The notes under the pieces are model-generated. The model was not told where the DNA came from, ran no database searches, and was given only the letters and a program-made list of their open reading frames with translations. A program made the translations under genes and the position numbers. Below are positions 63,574 through 64,000 of a stretch of 64,000 nucleotides of DNA, piece by piece; positions within the stretch are counted from its first letter, which is position 1, and each line of letters opens with the position of its first letter. The stretch is from Mobula hypostoma (Eukaryota). The DNA lies in the NCBI RefSeq assembly GCF_963921235.1, contig NC_086097.1, forward strand, positions 223,636,001 through 223,700,000. Direction: 5' to 3'.

Positions 63574-64000
63574 TGTCATGAACCCCGTGACGGGTTAAAA
63601 AACCAGCAAAGATGGAAAACACTTTGGAGTCCAGTATTGTTATAAACTAATAAATATTTATTAGTAACTATGCAATACAGTAATATAAATGTAGATAATC
63701 AAACAGGTTAGCAATGATTATATGTATAAGTAAGTATATCAGTAAGTGTGGAAATATATGTACGAAAAACCAAGCTTCTTTAAGTCTAGGGTAAAAAGAT
63801 ACAGTCTTATGATGATGAGTAAAGTTCAGTTCATGGTATTGAGTTGAGTAGTGATGGAGAGAGAGAGAGGGAGAAATTTGAGTCTTCAGGTGAGCTGACG
63901 CCATCAATCTTCTCGTTGTCCTTCAAAATCCTTTAAAAGTCACCGACTGTGACTTTAACAAAGGGGACTGGTTTTCTGTGGTGGAGCTATCCCCCAGGCG
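63574..64000. mobile_element. Possible LTR running off the window
   Basis: Begins TGTCATG with a shift in composition. The other end is not visible. Confidence 0.3.

Noticed and set aside
38500..64000. Exons of the expected syntenic neighbour ELOC
   Set aside because: I could not find Elongin C peptide sequence in the ORF track or by eye.

Overview
Eukaryotic, repeat-rich vertebrate DNA. The repeat mix (CR1, Rex1/Babar, RTE, Penelope-like, Tc1, Tigger, hAT-Charlie) suggests a cartilaginous fish; this is an inference. The only host gene I can support is the 5' part of UBE2W on the minus strand: a CpG-island promoter near 28.5-29.3 kb and coding exons 1-3 at 29050-29064, 27271-27362 and 2283-2385. 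The remaining exons lie left of the window. Almost everything else is nested transposon debris. The most striking signal is a young Penelope-like element (PLE) family whose 3' end carries a minimal, loop-less hammerhead ribozyme. It repeatedly inserts as head-to-head inverted pairs flanked by 12-17 bp target-site duplications (TSDs), seen at five loci. The largest is a ~1.77 kb near-perfect palindrome (60495-62268) that creates an RT-less GIY-YIG endonuclease ORF on both strands. One intact hammerhead lies in sense orientation in UBE2W intron 2. All calls were made by eye, with no database searches or folding computations.
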